DNA of 64,000 bases from Massalongia carnosa (GCA_965645245.1 OZ287075.1:1674001-1738000), one strand, 5' to 3'; counted from the first letter of the stretch, positions 1-13,346 are shown. Numbers and translations: made by a program. Notes: generated by a model from the sequence alone, not told the origin.

Positions 1-438
1 TGCATCAACGTGGTGGGTGGTTTTCCTGAAGAACTTTAAAGGTAAGGAATAGTAAGGCACATGATCAGAGTCTCGTCGTTCACGGTGGCATAACAGGCAA
101 ACTATCGAGTTGACGGTGGAGACTCTTGATGGTTTTGCTGTAGGCTTTCAGGAGTACTCTAGTCCCAACGTCGCCCTTGGAGTCATGGCTAACGCTATCC
201 TACCAGTGCCATGATTCAAGAATGCTCCATGCTCGAATGCTGGAGGGAGCGATATTGAGAGCACGGAACGAAACGACCTTTGATGCGGTTGCAAGGATCA
301 ACGTAACTGCTTTCCTAACTATTCAGGTTAGACTACTCCGTATTAATATTCTGACCAATCAATGTATGTATAGGATGCGAACCGAAATCCGACAGGAGTA
401 CTTTTTTCCCATATGATAGTTTACAGATTATCAGTGTC

Positions 439-2461
439 ATGGCTGTTACAAGGACGTGCATCACAGATGTTGATGGGGGTCTCGGCTGTTTTGCCGTAGG
501 TCGAGGAGTTCCATTGGCCATCTGGCTCATGAGGGTTACGACGCGTTCAGACGAAGGCTTGTTTATAACCACCAGCTTTGCAGAAGGAAGTCTTCCTCTT
601 CTCTTTCATCAAAGGTCTGAGTGATCACCTAACACCATCTCTTATCCCATGGTTGGATTTGGCGAAGAGATTTTATTTCGAAGTATTAAAATTGTTCATG
701 CCGTGGTGGCTCTGGTAGCAGTTAGTATTCTCATATGGAGTGGAGTGAGTACCCTAGACTTGTATTAGCATCAAAATTTGTTGGTTAACATTTTGATGGG
801 CATATATTAGAAAACCTGGGCCCAAGACGTACTATAGCCATTTCACCGGACTTTTCTTCTCTGCATGTCTTCTTTTTCAGACTGCTCAAAATGTGCTTCT
901 GATCACTGGCTTCACAAGAACAGTTCAAAACCGCTGGCATCGTGGATTTTCCTATTTCTATTGGTTTACGCTTGCATTATCGGGCTTCATATGTGGGATC
1001 GAGTATTCTTTCACGCCGAAGCCCGAAGTCATTGCGCTTCAACTCCTTATCTTTGTCTCTGGCCTAGCTGGTGTAGCATCTATTTCTTATGTGCATCGAT
1101 GTTCTATGAAAATGCCTATTCATTCAACTATCAACAATGATCAAATGCCTCTCCTCGAGCAAGATCCTACAAACATCGAGGTTTCGGCCGTGGACGAACT
1201 GCATGTCTATGCCCAGGAGCCTGAACCATCTCATGGGTTATTCTCTAGTCTCGAAAGACTTACACCTAGACGGATGGGACATCATGGCCAAGGTTCACGA
1301 TGGAGCTATTTATTCTTTCGGATCTCCAACAGATTCCTGAAACTGGTTCATTGGATTTTTTCTGTAATGTTCATTGCTGGGGCAATTACCCTTGCTTCAA
1401 GTTACCGATTCTTGAACCCGTGAGTTATGTGTCTCTACCCCTTCTAATAGATACTCATTATCAGAGAGGAAAGTGTGTGCAAGTAAAACTCCCTTCGGGC
1501 CAGATCCGTTCTGTCAATTATAACTGTACCACCGTTCCTTTTAATGGCACCTTCCTTCCGACAATCTGGTTTGAAGCGAGTGCCGCTCACGGTATCGTTG
1601 ACTTTTTGGGTCTTCAAGAGTCCCTTGCTGTCTCCCACGGCAGAAATTCATGCTCCTATGATCCTCCGAATTTTGGCTGGTCAGACAGGCTTCCATCTAA
1701 TCTTCCAAATTATCTTACCTATTTTCGTCCTCTACTAGACGCCATCCATAAACAGGACGAAGCCAAAATCATTGTAGGCTGGGGGGGTGGTGGGTATAAT
1801 GCATTAAAACATGCTATCGAGGATACTGTCACGACCAAAGCCCTCGTACTGTTGGATACTTCTCCGGATGGAATTGAGTGGTTTGATTTGCAAAGAAAAA
1901 ACAACTGGGACGGAACACACCTTCAGGATTATCGTACCAAAGACATGGCCGGCCGGATCCGGCTTGCTGCGATAATCCTATCGTTGGGAATCCCTTGGTA
2001 AGCCATGGTGTATCTGGCGTGAGTCTATTATCACATTCAAATTTGACATGATCTGCAGGGGGCTCATGCCCGCTTTTATTCCGGACTACTCCAAGGGGTA
2101 CTATGATCGATCTCTCTATCAGCGTTACCGCTCCCAAGCCTATAAGGAAGACCTTTGGGCGGCCCAATATTTCTATCTTGTACGAGAGGCCCCTTTGCCT
2201 ATCGACAATTTCCTAGTCACAGCCACTGTACCAGCTGGCATGCCAACCTATGCAGTCATGACCTATCTTCCAGGAGACACAGCTGAGGAAACAGCTAGCA
2301 ACAAGTTTTTTCATGAACGGAAGCTGGAGATGACACGTCATATCGCTGGGGGCGAAATGAAAAAGCCGCCTGTGTTGTGTACAGAGAGTGATTGTACTCT
2401 AGGATTCCCGGTTGATAAGCCAAAGTTCGTTGCGGATGCGTTGATGAGTTTTGGGATCTAG
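439..2461 (+). CDS. Multi-exon membrane protein with C-terminal alpha/beta-hydrolase-fold domain (catalytic residues appear absent)
   Basis: ORF 893-1423 has several hydrophobic helices. ORF 1300-2001 has hydrolase-fold motifs (TIWFEASAAHG, SYDPPNFGWSD, IIVGWGGGG, ALVLLD). A GTAAGC..CAG intron at ~1998-2058 links to ORF 2048-2461, which ends PVDKPKFVADAL. The 5' exons and start codon are uncertain. Confidence 0.7.
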
Positions 2462-4803
2462 GAGGACCGATGGTGTGTATGGAGAAAGCTTTATATCTAG
2501 AAATAGTAGTATAGGTAAGAAATCAACCGGTAGACGGGACCGACGTCTTGGATAGAGGAGGTTTCAGTCTTTGCTACGCCCTCGGCGCTGGGATGAGAAT
2601 TCGTGAGATAGTACAAAATCTCTTGGCTCGACCAAATATGGAACATAGAGGTTGGGCGGGATCAGCCGGTGATGGGAAGCAAGATGCTTATTTTCAAGAT
2701 TCGCAAAAGGCTATCAGCCTCATGTAAACCTTCCCGAGAGCCACAGTGTGGATTGCCACGATTGCCTAGCTGAAAGTTTACATTGGACTTATGGATAAAC
2801 TCGTACCTATTCTAGAATGACTAAGAAAAACATCCTAAGTATAAAATGGAGAGATTCTTAGATACTAAAGTTATAGATGCTCAATCACTCGACACAAGCA
2901 AAGGGTCTGCCGCGGTACAGTGGGTTAATCGATCTACTTTCGACCACTATTTTTCGACCACTATTGTTTTAAAGTACGAGACAGTCCTTATTTCGCGGCA
3001 ACTTCATCGGCTTTGGATTTTGCCTTAGCGGGCCTAGGCTTGCTTTCCCTCCTGCATCTTTATCTTTTATGGTTTCAAATAATAATCCGGTTCCTTGCGA
3101 CAAATTAGCCCTTAGTCCACTCGGACTAACTATTAGATTCCAGTCCTGCTTTCTTAACAGCAGATGCAATCTCAGACTTTGACAAATCTTAAGATTTCAG
3201 CTTCAATCCTGCTCCATTAAACGTTCTTGCTGGAATTCTGCACTCAGATTAAAAGGAACCTTTGGATTAAAATTTTCTTTTCGTTTCATTGGAAACTTTG
3301 CGGCAGTTTCGACGTCCTGTGGTAGCTAACCTTCGGATATAAATCTAGTTCTCGTTCTGACAAGATCGCATCATTCCCTTTCATTTACAAACCCGTACTA
3401 GGTATCTCTAAATGTGGGCTAGGCTGTGTCCTGCGCTTGTCAAAGATGATCGTAACGAGTACTCTTTCCTTTGCGTTTGCTGTTGCATAGAAGAACTCCG
3501 TAGAGACATAAGATTGAAAAGGCTGATGCCTGTATGCCGAGCAAAATTATGATGTGTCGGAACACCGAGAGAATTTGCGTTTTCCGTCAAGGGATTGTTA
3601 AGTCTAATTATATGGACTTAGATTGGTTTGAGGTTGTGTTTGGCAAGGTGACATGCCGTATCAGCAACTGTGCCCGAATTCGGATGCGCCTTTGAAAGTA
3701 CCATATCTTATCTCTTGCTTGGTCAAAGAAAAGCTAAGAAATCTAAGGGGGGAATAGGAAAAATCTCGGAGGCAAAGACTCCGTTCATCCTCTCCAGAAA
3801 CGCTAGGTCCGGACGTATCTTTATTGACGCATGTAAAAACTTGAGTGATACCTGCATGTTCCTAGTAATCATCGGCATATTAGGCTGGGTTGAGTTCGGT
3901 GCTGTGGAATGAATCAGAAGATGGTCAGTTCGCCACTATCAAAGACGTATCGCTCCTCCAAAAACTGAAACGCATGACTTAGAATACTGGGCAGTTGAAC
4001 TGCCGCAGACAGGTTCACTTGTCCTCCTGCGTACTAAAAAATTACTATCTCCCCAATAAGGCTATACCGGCGGTGTCTATCACCTGCGAGGAAGCAGCGG
4101 TAGTAGTCTTCACTGTGTTCTAAGTTGTGGATGTGCAGGATCAACCGACAAGATCTGCCGGCGAGCACCTGCATCCAGACTGGTTTTTTACCGGCGCATC
4201 GCGTCAACCCCGCGTTTTATACCCTATGGGATGAATTATATCATCCCCTATGCAGTTCGGCCCTATTTTTCTTTTTTGCTTGACTTTCTCGTACATGACG
4301 CTGAACAACAAGCATTGGACCCGTTCAATGTGTACCAATCGGTGTTACATCGGTGCTTTGGTCTTTCCCACACGACACCCATTCCATTCGAGATGGGCAG
4401 GGCTTAACGACATGCATCCTCGTCGCGTGGGAGGGCTAATCTGAGAACTGTACTCCAGGCCCGAGAAAATCAAAGGATGATGTCACTTTGCTCAGTTCTT
4501 CTTCGTGCATGTCATTCTCAGTTCTCCGCATGGTCGACTACTATGTTCTAGAGCTTCAGTGAAGCTTTTTGCAGCGGTGGAAGAGCTTGGTAGACTGACT
4601 TTGGCCGAGTGTGGAGGCGGAGAGGAAAAGTATATATATCTACTCACTTCTTTCCTTTGCTCTGGGAAGGCAATTGGCACCACAAAGCCCGTTCTTGAGA
4701 GAAATCAAGTCATCCCCTACAGAGCCCCTATATCGAGCCTGAAAACCTTCGGATTTATTCGCTCAAGTCTCTACCAACTCAACCCTCGACACTGTTCTTC
4801 ACC

Positions 4804-6273
4804 ATGTTTGGGAAAAAGGAAGAACCCGAGATATCGGAAGTACTGAGTCAGCGTCGGCCATCCAACATCGATGCATTGAATCAGCAGCACCGAAAGAGTA
4901 TCTCGAACAGGGGTCTCACCGGCGCATCAGCCCTTACCGTTAGGCAGTCCATCTTCCCTATCACGCTCGTCACCATGCTTTTCTTCCTATGGGGCTTTGC
5001 CTACGGCCTGCTCGATGTCCTCAACGCCAAGTTCCAGAACTCCCTGAACATTACTGCGGCCAAGGCTGGTGGTCTTCAGGGTGCCTACTTTGGCGCGTAC
5101 CTCATCGGACCGCTCACTTATTCCGGCTGGATAGTGCGCAAGTTTGGGTACAGATGGACGTTCATTGTCGGCCTAAGCATTTACGGCGTTGGCGCTTTGA
5201 TGTTCTGGCCCTCGGCTGTCTATCGCTCATTTGCCGGCTTCTGCGGTTCCCTCTTCATCGTTGGCTCGGGACTCTCCACCCTCGAAACTTCAGCAAACCC
5301 CTTCATCGCCACATGCGGTCCCCCGCGACTTTCCGAGTTCCGGCTTGAGCTCTCGCAATCCTTTCAAGCCATTGGATCCGTCATGGCCCCCTTGTTGGCA
5401 TCACGGGTCTTTTTCAAAAACACGGATCCCAAGGACCTCTCTAACGTGCAATGGACTTACCTTGGCATTGCCGTCTTTGTCTTCCTCCTCGCTGTTGTCT
5501 TCTTCTTCTCGCCCATCCCTGAAGTCACCGATGCCGACATGGCCCTGCAGGCGGAACAATGCGCCGGACTCACCGGCTACATGGACAAGCCCATGCGACG
5601 CCAGTACAAGCTCTTCTTTGGCGTCGCCGCTCAGTTCTGCTACGTGGGCGCCCAAGTCGGCGTGGCGTCGCAGTTCATCAAGTACGCCGTCGAGAGCGCC
5701 CACATCAGCGACTCGGCGGCCTCGGATCGCTACGCCATTGGCCAGGGTCTGTTCGCCATCGGCCGCTTCTTCGCCGCGGGTTGCATGATGTTCACCAAGC
5801 CGCGGTGGATCCTCATGTTCTTCATGACGATGATCATGATCTTCATCGCGGCGGCCATGGGCGTGCACGGCGAAGGCGGCGTCGCCCTTCTGTCCGTCGT
5901 CCTCTTCTTCGAGTCCGCCATCTTCCCCACCATCTTCACACTCTCGATCCGCGGCCTCGGCCGCCACACTAAGCGCGGCGCCTCCTGGATCGTCGCCTCC
6001 GTCTGCGGCGGCGCGCTCTTCCCCTCCCTGACGGGCCTCGTGGCTGATCGTCGCGGCTACCATATCGCCATGGTGGTGCCGCTCGTTGGTTTCTTCGTCG
6101 CCTTTACCTTTCCCATCTACTTGAATACGGTGTGCGCGCGCGAGCTGGACGGGTTCCGCGAGACAAAGATCGGCTACGTGGACGAGGATGGCACGATTGG
6201 GGACGTGCGCCACGAGGCGCGCAGAGCGTCAATCTTGAGCGAGGAGAAAGGGACGTATTCTCATGAGAGCTGA
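4804..6273 (+). CDS. MFS transporter, FucP/glucose-galactose (FHS) family; intronless
   Basis: 489-aa ORF with ~12 TM segments and family motifs LFFLWGFAYGLLDVLN, LETSANPF, FCYVGAQV, FPTIF. Confidence 0.93.
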   Translation: MFGKKEEPEISEVLSQRRPSNIDALNQQHRKSISNRGLTGASALTVRQSIFPITLVTMLFFLWGFAYGLLDVLNAKFQNSLNITAAKAGGLQGAYFGAYLIGPLTYSGWIVRKFGYRWTFIVGLSIYGVGALMFWPSAVYRSFAGFCGSLFIVGSGLSTLETSANPFIATCGPPRLSEFRLELSQSFQAIGSVMAPLLASRVFFKNTDPKDLSNVQWTYLGIAVFVFLLAVVFFFSPIPEVTDADMALQAEQCAGLTGYMDKPMRRQYKLFFGVAAQFCYVGAQVGVASQFIKYAVESAHISDSAASDRYAIGQGLFAIGRFFAAGCMMFTKPRWILMFFMTMIMIFIAAAMGVHGEGGVALLSVVLFFESAIFPTIFTLSIRGLGRHTKRGASWIVASVCGGALFPSLTGLVADRRGYHIAMVVPLVGFFVAFTFPIYLNTVCARELDGFRETKIGYVDEDGTIGDVRHEARRASILSEEKGTYSHES

Positions 6274-8083
6274 AATGGGGGGGTTTTGTTTGCTTTTCCC
6301 CCCCTTTTTTTCTTTGGTTCAATGATGATGGGTATTTTGGCACGGCTATTCTTCCACGCTCTTTTCCTCTTTCTACATATGACGATTCATCTAAGAATCT
6401 TTTCTCCTTTTTATTCTTCTTCCTCATCTTCTTCTTCGTCTACTTCATTCTTCAGAGTTTATCCCCCCCTTTTTATTTTTATTTCGCTGTAAATATTTAC
6501 TTGCCTAGGTAGATATTCGGCTTCCTCCCTCCATTATCTATCTATACATATAAAACTTACACAAGCTCGCTTCAGAAACCATTATATCTTCCTTTCCCCT
6601 TTCCCTTCCCCTATCCTGCCCCCCAGCGCCCTCCATCTTCTGTGCCTACACACGTACGGTCAAAAACATCCGAATCGGATCAGCGGCTTTTTATCGCTCG
6701 TCTGTCTATGTGACTAGGTAAACTAACTAGTAGGGAGGAGTTGTTACGTTCATACACATGTACCTTCTACATCTACGGAATGTGTGAGTAAATGAATGAA
6801 CAACAGAACAAGAAGATCTTAAGACTCTAACGTATTCACTCCCTTTTTTGCCTCCACTTCCACTCTCTACCTAAACCCCCCCCCCTACCACGCTAACCCT
6901 AGCAGAAGGCTGAAGGAGAGCAAGGCTCTTTCCCTTTACCTTCGGATGGGGCGGGCAGGCAGGCAGGCAGGCATGCCTAATCTGCTGGTGGTGGTATTGT
7001 GTATATGTATACATAAATATATATTTTATACACCCTGAACTTAGGATTAGGAATTGCTGTTTTGGCTTGGGAGAGGAAGCAAACCCGCTTCAGAGGGAGC
7101 ATTGAGGGAGCAGAGGAGGAGTACGAGGAGGAGCACTGAGCGAGCCAGGGCGCAGCACGTGGATGCCTGGAATGGCTCCAACTGCCCTTGTTTTTTTCAA
7201 AGCTTCGCTGCCTAAACTTCGCCACTTTCTACACGAACCTAAAATGAGTTAAACGTTATATGACGCAATCAGATCGTTTGTCTCTGCCGCTAGCGTGAGG
7301 GGAGGGGAGCACGGTCGCTAAAGAGGGAGCAGGGAGTGAATTGGGAGAGTAAAAGGGGAGAGTAATGAGGGAGCACCCAAGGAGCAAAGGGGAGCATTAT
7401 ATGGCAGTGGGCAGATCGCAAGCGGACCTGGGTCCTCCAGCCTTCGGCTTAAGCAGTCCTCGTCGTTTTTCACCAACATACTATTACCTTACGTACTAGA
7501 ATAGACTTCGCCCCTCCCCACAGAATCTGTTAACCGTTAAAGCGAGCAAGGGATTTCCGGGTTCACCCGTTGCGTCCTGCCAAAGGAACTCTACGTTAGG
7601 CTTGGTAGGTAAGCAACGAATATGATCAAAAGCAAGGTAAACACTATAGCCGGATACGAAGCAGCTAGCCCAGGCTCCTCTCGGCTTGCTCCCAATTACT
7701 TTCTTAATGCGTCCCCTAGCACCGCTCCGTACTCTCTCAGTGCTCTCATGAGAGAGACCCGTTTGCAATCATGTTTGTGGGAAGTTTGAGTATACAAGCT
7801 GCGTTTGATGCGACTAGCTATGGCCGATGGTGCGAACTAGAAGAGGAGCGGTGCGTGTTCTCATAGGGAGTGTTTACTCAGGAATTAAGGCAGGGGAAGC
7901 TCCCGCAGCCTAAGAAGAACTTTAACTCCCACATATACAGCATAGCCGAGCCTCAGGCACCACACGCTCAATGGAGGCTACTATAGTTCTCCTATTGATC
8001 ATAGACTCCTTCCATAGATTGTACTTATTTTGTTCGCATCTTCCTCCAGCGACCGTGCTCTGTGCCCTTCCCGAGACCTTTCA

Positions 8084-10001
8084 ATGGCCAACCTCTTCAA
8101 CGTTCACGGCTCGAACGACACAATTAGTTGGGAGGCTGAGCCTGCTACTCGAGGAACCTTTACCCTACTGTCAACCTGCATCATCACTCTATCTCTGTGC
8201 CTCTGGAGTTCCGTTCACCTGAATCTCCCTGGCAATGACCGAGGTTATTGGCTAAAGTTTCGACGACGACTCACTTGGATCACTGGCGCCCTGATTGCTC
8301 CAGAGTATCTGATTTTGACGGCATGGAGCCAGCGTCAAACAGCTAAAAAGATATCCATGGAGGTTGGAGAGACGTTCAAGTCTGAGAAGAAAGTGACGGT
8401 AACATATTCGGACCCCCGGTTCATTTGGCAGCTTCTGATAACTGTTAAATAGCAGGCCGATCCCGAAAGCCAACCTCTTTCTAGACGGCACCCGTGGACG
8501 ATGACGCACAGCTTCTGGGCTGTCATGGGCGGGATTGCAATAGATCCAAGTGACTCGAATCCTTTCATTCCAGATTCCAAGCGCTCAACACTTACACCAA
8601 ATGGCGTATCGCTCCTTCTCAAACACGAGCCACAGCTGCTGCCAGATATCTCAGAGGAGGAAGTGAGAGACAAAAGCAAAGGCGGCTCGCTCACAAAGTC
8701 TGTGGCCTGCATACAAGCGACCTGGTTCTGCCTATCGTGCATTGCGCGGATATCTCAAAAAATGCCTGTCAGCATGCTAGAGCTCAATACTTTCGCACAC
8801 GCTCTCTGCACGGTCATTGTATACATACTCGTAAGGGGTTTTTTGAATTAATCCTTCCAGATTATTCCTGAAATAGAAATGCTGATCCCGAAAGCTTCAG
8901 TGGTGGAGAAAACCTTTGGATATCGAACAACCACTAGTTATTCAAGAAGACCGCATGCGTCCACTTTTGGCCTACATGTGGATGGCGAGTAAGACAAGCT
9001 GCATTCAAAAGCAGACTACCTTAGGAAATACTAAAACTATTGTTGGACGGGATCCCGAGTTCGAGGCAATCATTGACGACAAATCATCTAGCGCAGGTGT
9101 TGCTACTGGTAGCGGAGTGTTAAATGCCACACAAACAGCATCCAATTCAATAAGCCCAGCCGTACATGTTCCCAGCACAGGCGCTCCAAGCGTGATAAGA
9201 CCTCTAACTGTCACGGTCACGACGACCCAAGATCTTCCAGGTACAGGGTTCCGCGTTAAAGCCAAAAGTACTCGATGGAAAGTGACAAGAATTTCGGGTG
9301 ATGGTAACGACAATGTGTATACATATGTTTATTACAAGCCGGCCGTCTTCAAACTAACACCTTGCGATGTTCGGCGCTGGCAACTTGCACGAGAGGCTAT
9401 GGACAAGTATTACTTGAAGAAACCAGACACAAACCTGGATTTTGTTACCATGAAACCAGTCCCGGAATCCATAGATTTGGATGGTCCGAACAAAAAGCCA
9501 ACCACCTGGGCGTCTTTAGGATTTTCATTGGTGGCCGCCAGTTATGGTGGTCTACATGGCCTGGCGTGGAATGCACATTTCCCAACACACCTAGAGCTGA
9601 AACTATGGCGTATTTCAACGCTTGTCATCGCGAGTCCAGCTGCACTGTGCTTTCTCTTGATTCTCTTGCGGCATACCACTATCTTCGCTGGGTTAATATA
9701 TCGCAAGCTTGCTCCCGATCCCGATCCTAACCCCAAGCCCACGGAAAAATCACAGCCGAAACCCCCAGTTGTCAAAGAAAAGTCTTTGTCGCAGAGTGCG
9801 GCACGTTTTGAGAAAATCACCTTGTCAATCCTTCGAGGACTCTGGATTCTTCTACAGGTCTTGGCCGGCCACGCGATCGCCTTGATCTATTTTCCTGCGC
9901 GCGGGTATCTCGTCTACGAGAGCATTAGGACCGTATTTTTCTTGCCGCCAGAGGCTTACAGGGCGACGAGATGGACCCAGTATTTACCACATATTACTTA
10001 G
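8084..10001 (+). CDS. Uncharacterised fungal multi-pass membrane protein (3 exons)
   Basis: Motifs typical of a widespread fungal membrane family: WEAEPATRGT..LSTC..TL.LC.W..VHLNLP, WTMTHSFWAVMGG, DKSKGGSL.K...C.QA.W, LELNTFAH, WWRKP, YGGLHGLAWNAHFPT..E..LWR, ARGYLVYES. Introns at ~8393-8455 and ~8831-8900. Confidence 0.85.
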
Positions 10002-10584
10002 AAATGACTCAATGAAATCGAATAACCTTTGAAATTGATTGACAAGATTCATCTCCATATTGACTTATCTTCTACCCTCATGAATCGGCGTCCTCAATTG
10101 GAGCCGGGAACAAGACCCGAGACCTACTCTCGTGCACCAATTCACGCGCCTGTCCCAGCGCCCATGTTTCTTCTCCGCGGAACACCTACTATGTACGATC
10201 TAAACCTATTTTGAGACAAACAATTACGGTAACAGGAAGGATTACAGCTCTTTGGCTTGTTCACCGCCTTGGATATCCTGAATCTCGTTAAATTGCAGGT
10301 CCTTCAAAACTCTCAGCCTTCTAAAAAGGCCATATATTTTGAGTTCATAGGCCTCTTGAAATGATAAGCTCTCGGGTTTAACTTTTCGAAACAGTTAGCT
10401 TTTTCGAAAAGCTAATCTCCTAAAGCTAACAGAGGGGCTTTGAATATGTTTATTATTCATTACTTGGATTCTCTCACCTACTTAGAAGTACGGGAAACCC
10501 CAAATCAAATATCTTTCTCAAGACGCTATATTGTGAGCGGGAGAAGTTGCTGGAGAAGACTTTTGGCACCTAGGCTAGGACTTA

Positions 10585-11153
10585 GGCCCGCGGGTGACAA
10601 TAACATCCGTTGGTGAGGTACCGAAAACAGCATACAGATTGCTATTATTCTCTCGAATATATGTGTTGAAATAAAAGGGGCTGAGGGAGCTGCACTGAAT
10701 CAATGAAAAGGCTGATATGCTGCGCTTGAAGCTCTATCACTAAATTGAACTTAACTAACTGAACTATCTAAGAAAGAAAGAGGTGGGATTATTTGCCCAA
10801 ATATATACACCGAATATGACTGCCATGGAGTCTTCGAGAAACTTCCAACACGTTCGTCGCAGGGACCTTGTCGTGCGATAATAGCGGAATTATAGATTCC
10901 CATAGAATAATTGTAAGGTGAAGTCATATCGGGTAAGACAATTAACCTCGGTATAGTGGCAAAAGCAAATAACGCCAAAACCATATGAATCAACAATATG
11001 TAAGGATCTCCTCATAAATGATTGTGAGTGGCATTAGTAGCTTTGTAACTTGTCGGAGACGACATATAGCTGGGAAATCGGTAGGACTTCGTACGGGCGT
11101 TCTTAGTGCCAAGCACCGCCCTCTCCAACGGATGTTTGTTGTCACCCGCGAGC
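10585..11153. mobile_element. MITE-like non-autonomous DNA element, ~570 bp
   Basis: CGCGGGTGACAATAACATCCGTTGG (10589-10613) is an imperfect inverted repeat of CCAACGGATGTTTGTTGTCACCCGCG (11125-11150). TA lies on both flanks, and the interior is AT-rich and non-coding. Confidence 0.75.
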
Positions 11154-12077
11154 TAGCCTAAACAGGCAATTGTGAAGCTATTCTTTACATATTTTCTCTA
11201 TTATTCCATCTTTTAAAACCCATTAACTTTCTTTACATATTTTTTGCGTAAGCTCAAATTTTGTCATCGTATAGGGCATGAATGATATTGTCAGGAACGT
11301 CTTAGAGCGGGTCAATGAGGTTATATTAGCTAAGGTAAGTAGTCTAAGGAGTGATAATGATATAGGATGATGTGCTATTGATATTCCGGGTTACGGAGCA
11401 TCGTTCTTCCGCTCCGTTAGTCTTAATTAATAATTGGCAGGGTTTTCGGTTCCCTTTTTTTATTTTTGTGGTATGGTTTGGTCTGATCTCGGGGGGGGGG
11501 AACTTTTTGTTTTCCTTTCGTGTACATTGGATCAGATACAGTGAAAGGAAGGGAGGGAGAAAACGAGGCGTATTCGCGCGCTGTAACTTAGGTTCTGGAT
11601 AGCGCCAAGGGACTTCGGGGAACGTCCGCGTCTGGGCAGACGGGGTAGAGGGGAGATAGGGTTTGGAGGGGGGGAGAGCTATGGCTGCTGCTGCTGCTGC
11701 TACTACATGAAAAGAAAACGGAGCATGTTCTGAAGAAGGTTTTCGGTTTGCAAAAGCCGGGAAAGGGGAGATGGGAGAGAGGAGAGGAGTGCGGATAGCG
11801 CCCGTCTGGCTCTGGGTGTTTCTTTCAAGAGTCGGGTTTTTTTGCTGGATGGTTATCAACTGTAAGCTTGCGGGGTTTTTATTTTTTAAAATTTTTAATT
11901 TTTTTGAAGAAGAATTTCCCTGAATGAAAGGTGGGAGTGTAGATGGTGTGACGTCTATCCACGGTTTCCCGCAGTCCCAGCTGGATCGGTTTTGTGCTAG
12001 CTACTTTAAGTGAACCTTTACCTAGAGAGCTTTTCAATTAATCCCTTTCCTAGACATATAAAAACCTTGTTTAAAAA

Positions 12078-13346
12078 TTACAAGTCTTGCCTTTCAGCCA
12101 GCTTCACTACCTCTTCCGCCGTTCGCTCGTGACCCCGACCAGCCAACTCGACCACCTGGTCTACACCATTATACTTTGGAACATCAAGATCATACTTTCC
12201 GCTCATAGACGGGGGAATGAACCTACCCCAAGAAAACAATTAGTAAGTTAGTCCATCATACATCCCCACATAACATCTTGCATCCAATTCGAGAAAGAAA
12301 ACAAAGAAATTTTTCAAAAACTTACCTTCCCCCAAGAAAATGCCTTCCTTTAAAAAATTTTACGAGCGGCTTCGGTGCTGTCAAACTCACCAACGTAGCG
12401 GGGTAAAACTTCGCGCCGGGACCCGACTCGGGGGGCCCATCCTCGATATTCCATGATGAGGGTGCATCCACGGATGTCACGGGCACGGACGTGTTTTCCA
12501 ATGCGGTAATCACGGCGGAGAAAGGCTCGCGGACTTCACCGGAGAAACTGAAGCCTTTACCCAGTAAGTTTCGGGTTTGGAAAGGACAAAAGTATGGGAA
12601 ACTACGAGAAACGAGTAAGGGGATAAGGGGGATAGGGGGTATGCTACAAACCGAAGATAGCGTCGACAACATGGTGCGTGCTTTTCAAATCCGATTCGAA
12701 GTCTTCCGTGAACGGAACATTGAGGTTCTGGAGTTGGGTGGCAAGACGCTAAAAGATGAAATGTTCTTCGTATTAGAAAAAGGGGGGTTCGGGGGGATGA
12801 AAGAAAGTTGACCTCGTAGAGCTCCTTCTTGCCTCGTTTCGGATAGTAGACGGTAGGTTGATAGCCATAATGCCACAGATGGCGTGCGGCTACTAGCCCA
12901 TCTCCACCTGTTTAGTAAATCAAACATCAGCAGGAATTCCTTAACACTAGAGATTATGTTTCTCCTACCGTTGTTCCCCGGTCCGCAAGCGACCAAGATT
13001 TTCTTCCCTCTATTGAGGGGATGCACTCGATAGACTGATTTGCATTCGCTCTCTTGTCAGCATCTTGGTTTTCAGTGTAATCAACATGTACATAGTGAAG
13101 GAAAGAAAAGATCCATCCCACCAGCTTGAGACACCGACAAACCCGCCAGTTCCATAAGCTGATCGATGGAAAAACCCCCAATGCTCATGAGGTCTTTATC
13201 TAGCGCCGCCGCATTTTTGGCCGAGATGGTCTATGCAATTTCACTCTCAGCCCTTCTATTTAGATGTCATTCACGGTTTCTTTTCCATCATTCGCTATCA
13301 ACCAATGTAATACGATGCGCAAACAAACACACACCTTTAACGCCAT
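12078..13346 (-). CDS. NNR1: NAD(P)H-hydrate epimerase (YjeF N-terminal / AIBP family), multi-exon
   Basis: Spliced translation [40 protein letters not shown]..., [40 protein letters not shown]...QDL*. Confidence 0.92.

Noticed and set aside
2980..3600. Minus-strand frame with protein-like fragments (DLSKSEIASAVKKAGLES, KPRPAKAKSKADEVAAK)
   Set aside because: Many stops and no recognisable family; possibly a relic, but not supportable from sequence alone.
4989..6213. Long overlapping and antisense ORFs (e.g. 270 aa at 5401-6213 minus)
   Set aside because: They are shadows of the GC3-rich FucP-type coding sequence, with no independent motifs.
10395..10415. Short palindrome TTAGCTTTTTCGAAAAGCTAA
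   Set aside because: Isolated 21-bp AT-rich symmetry with no partner end or TSD.
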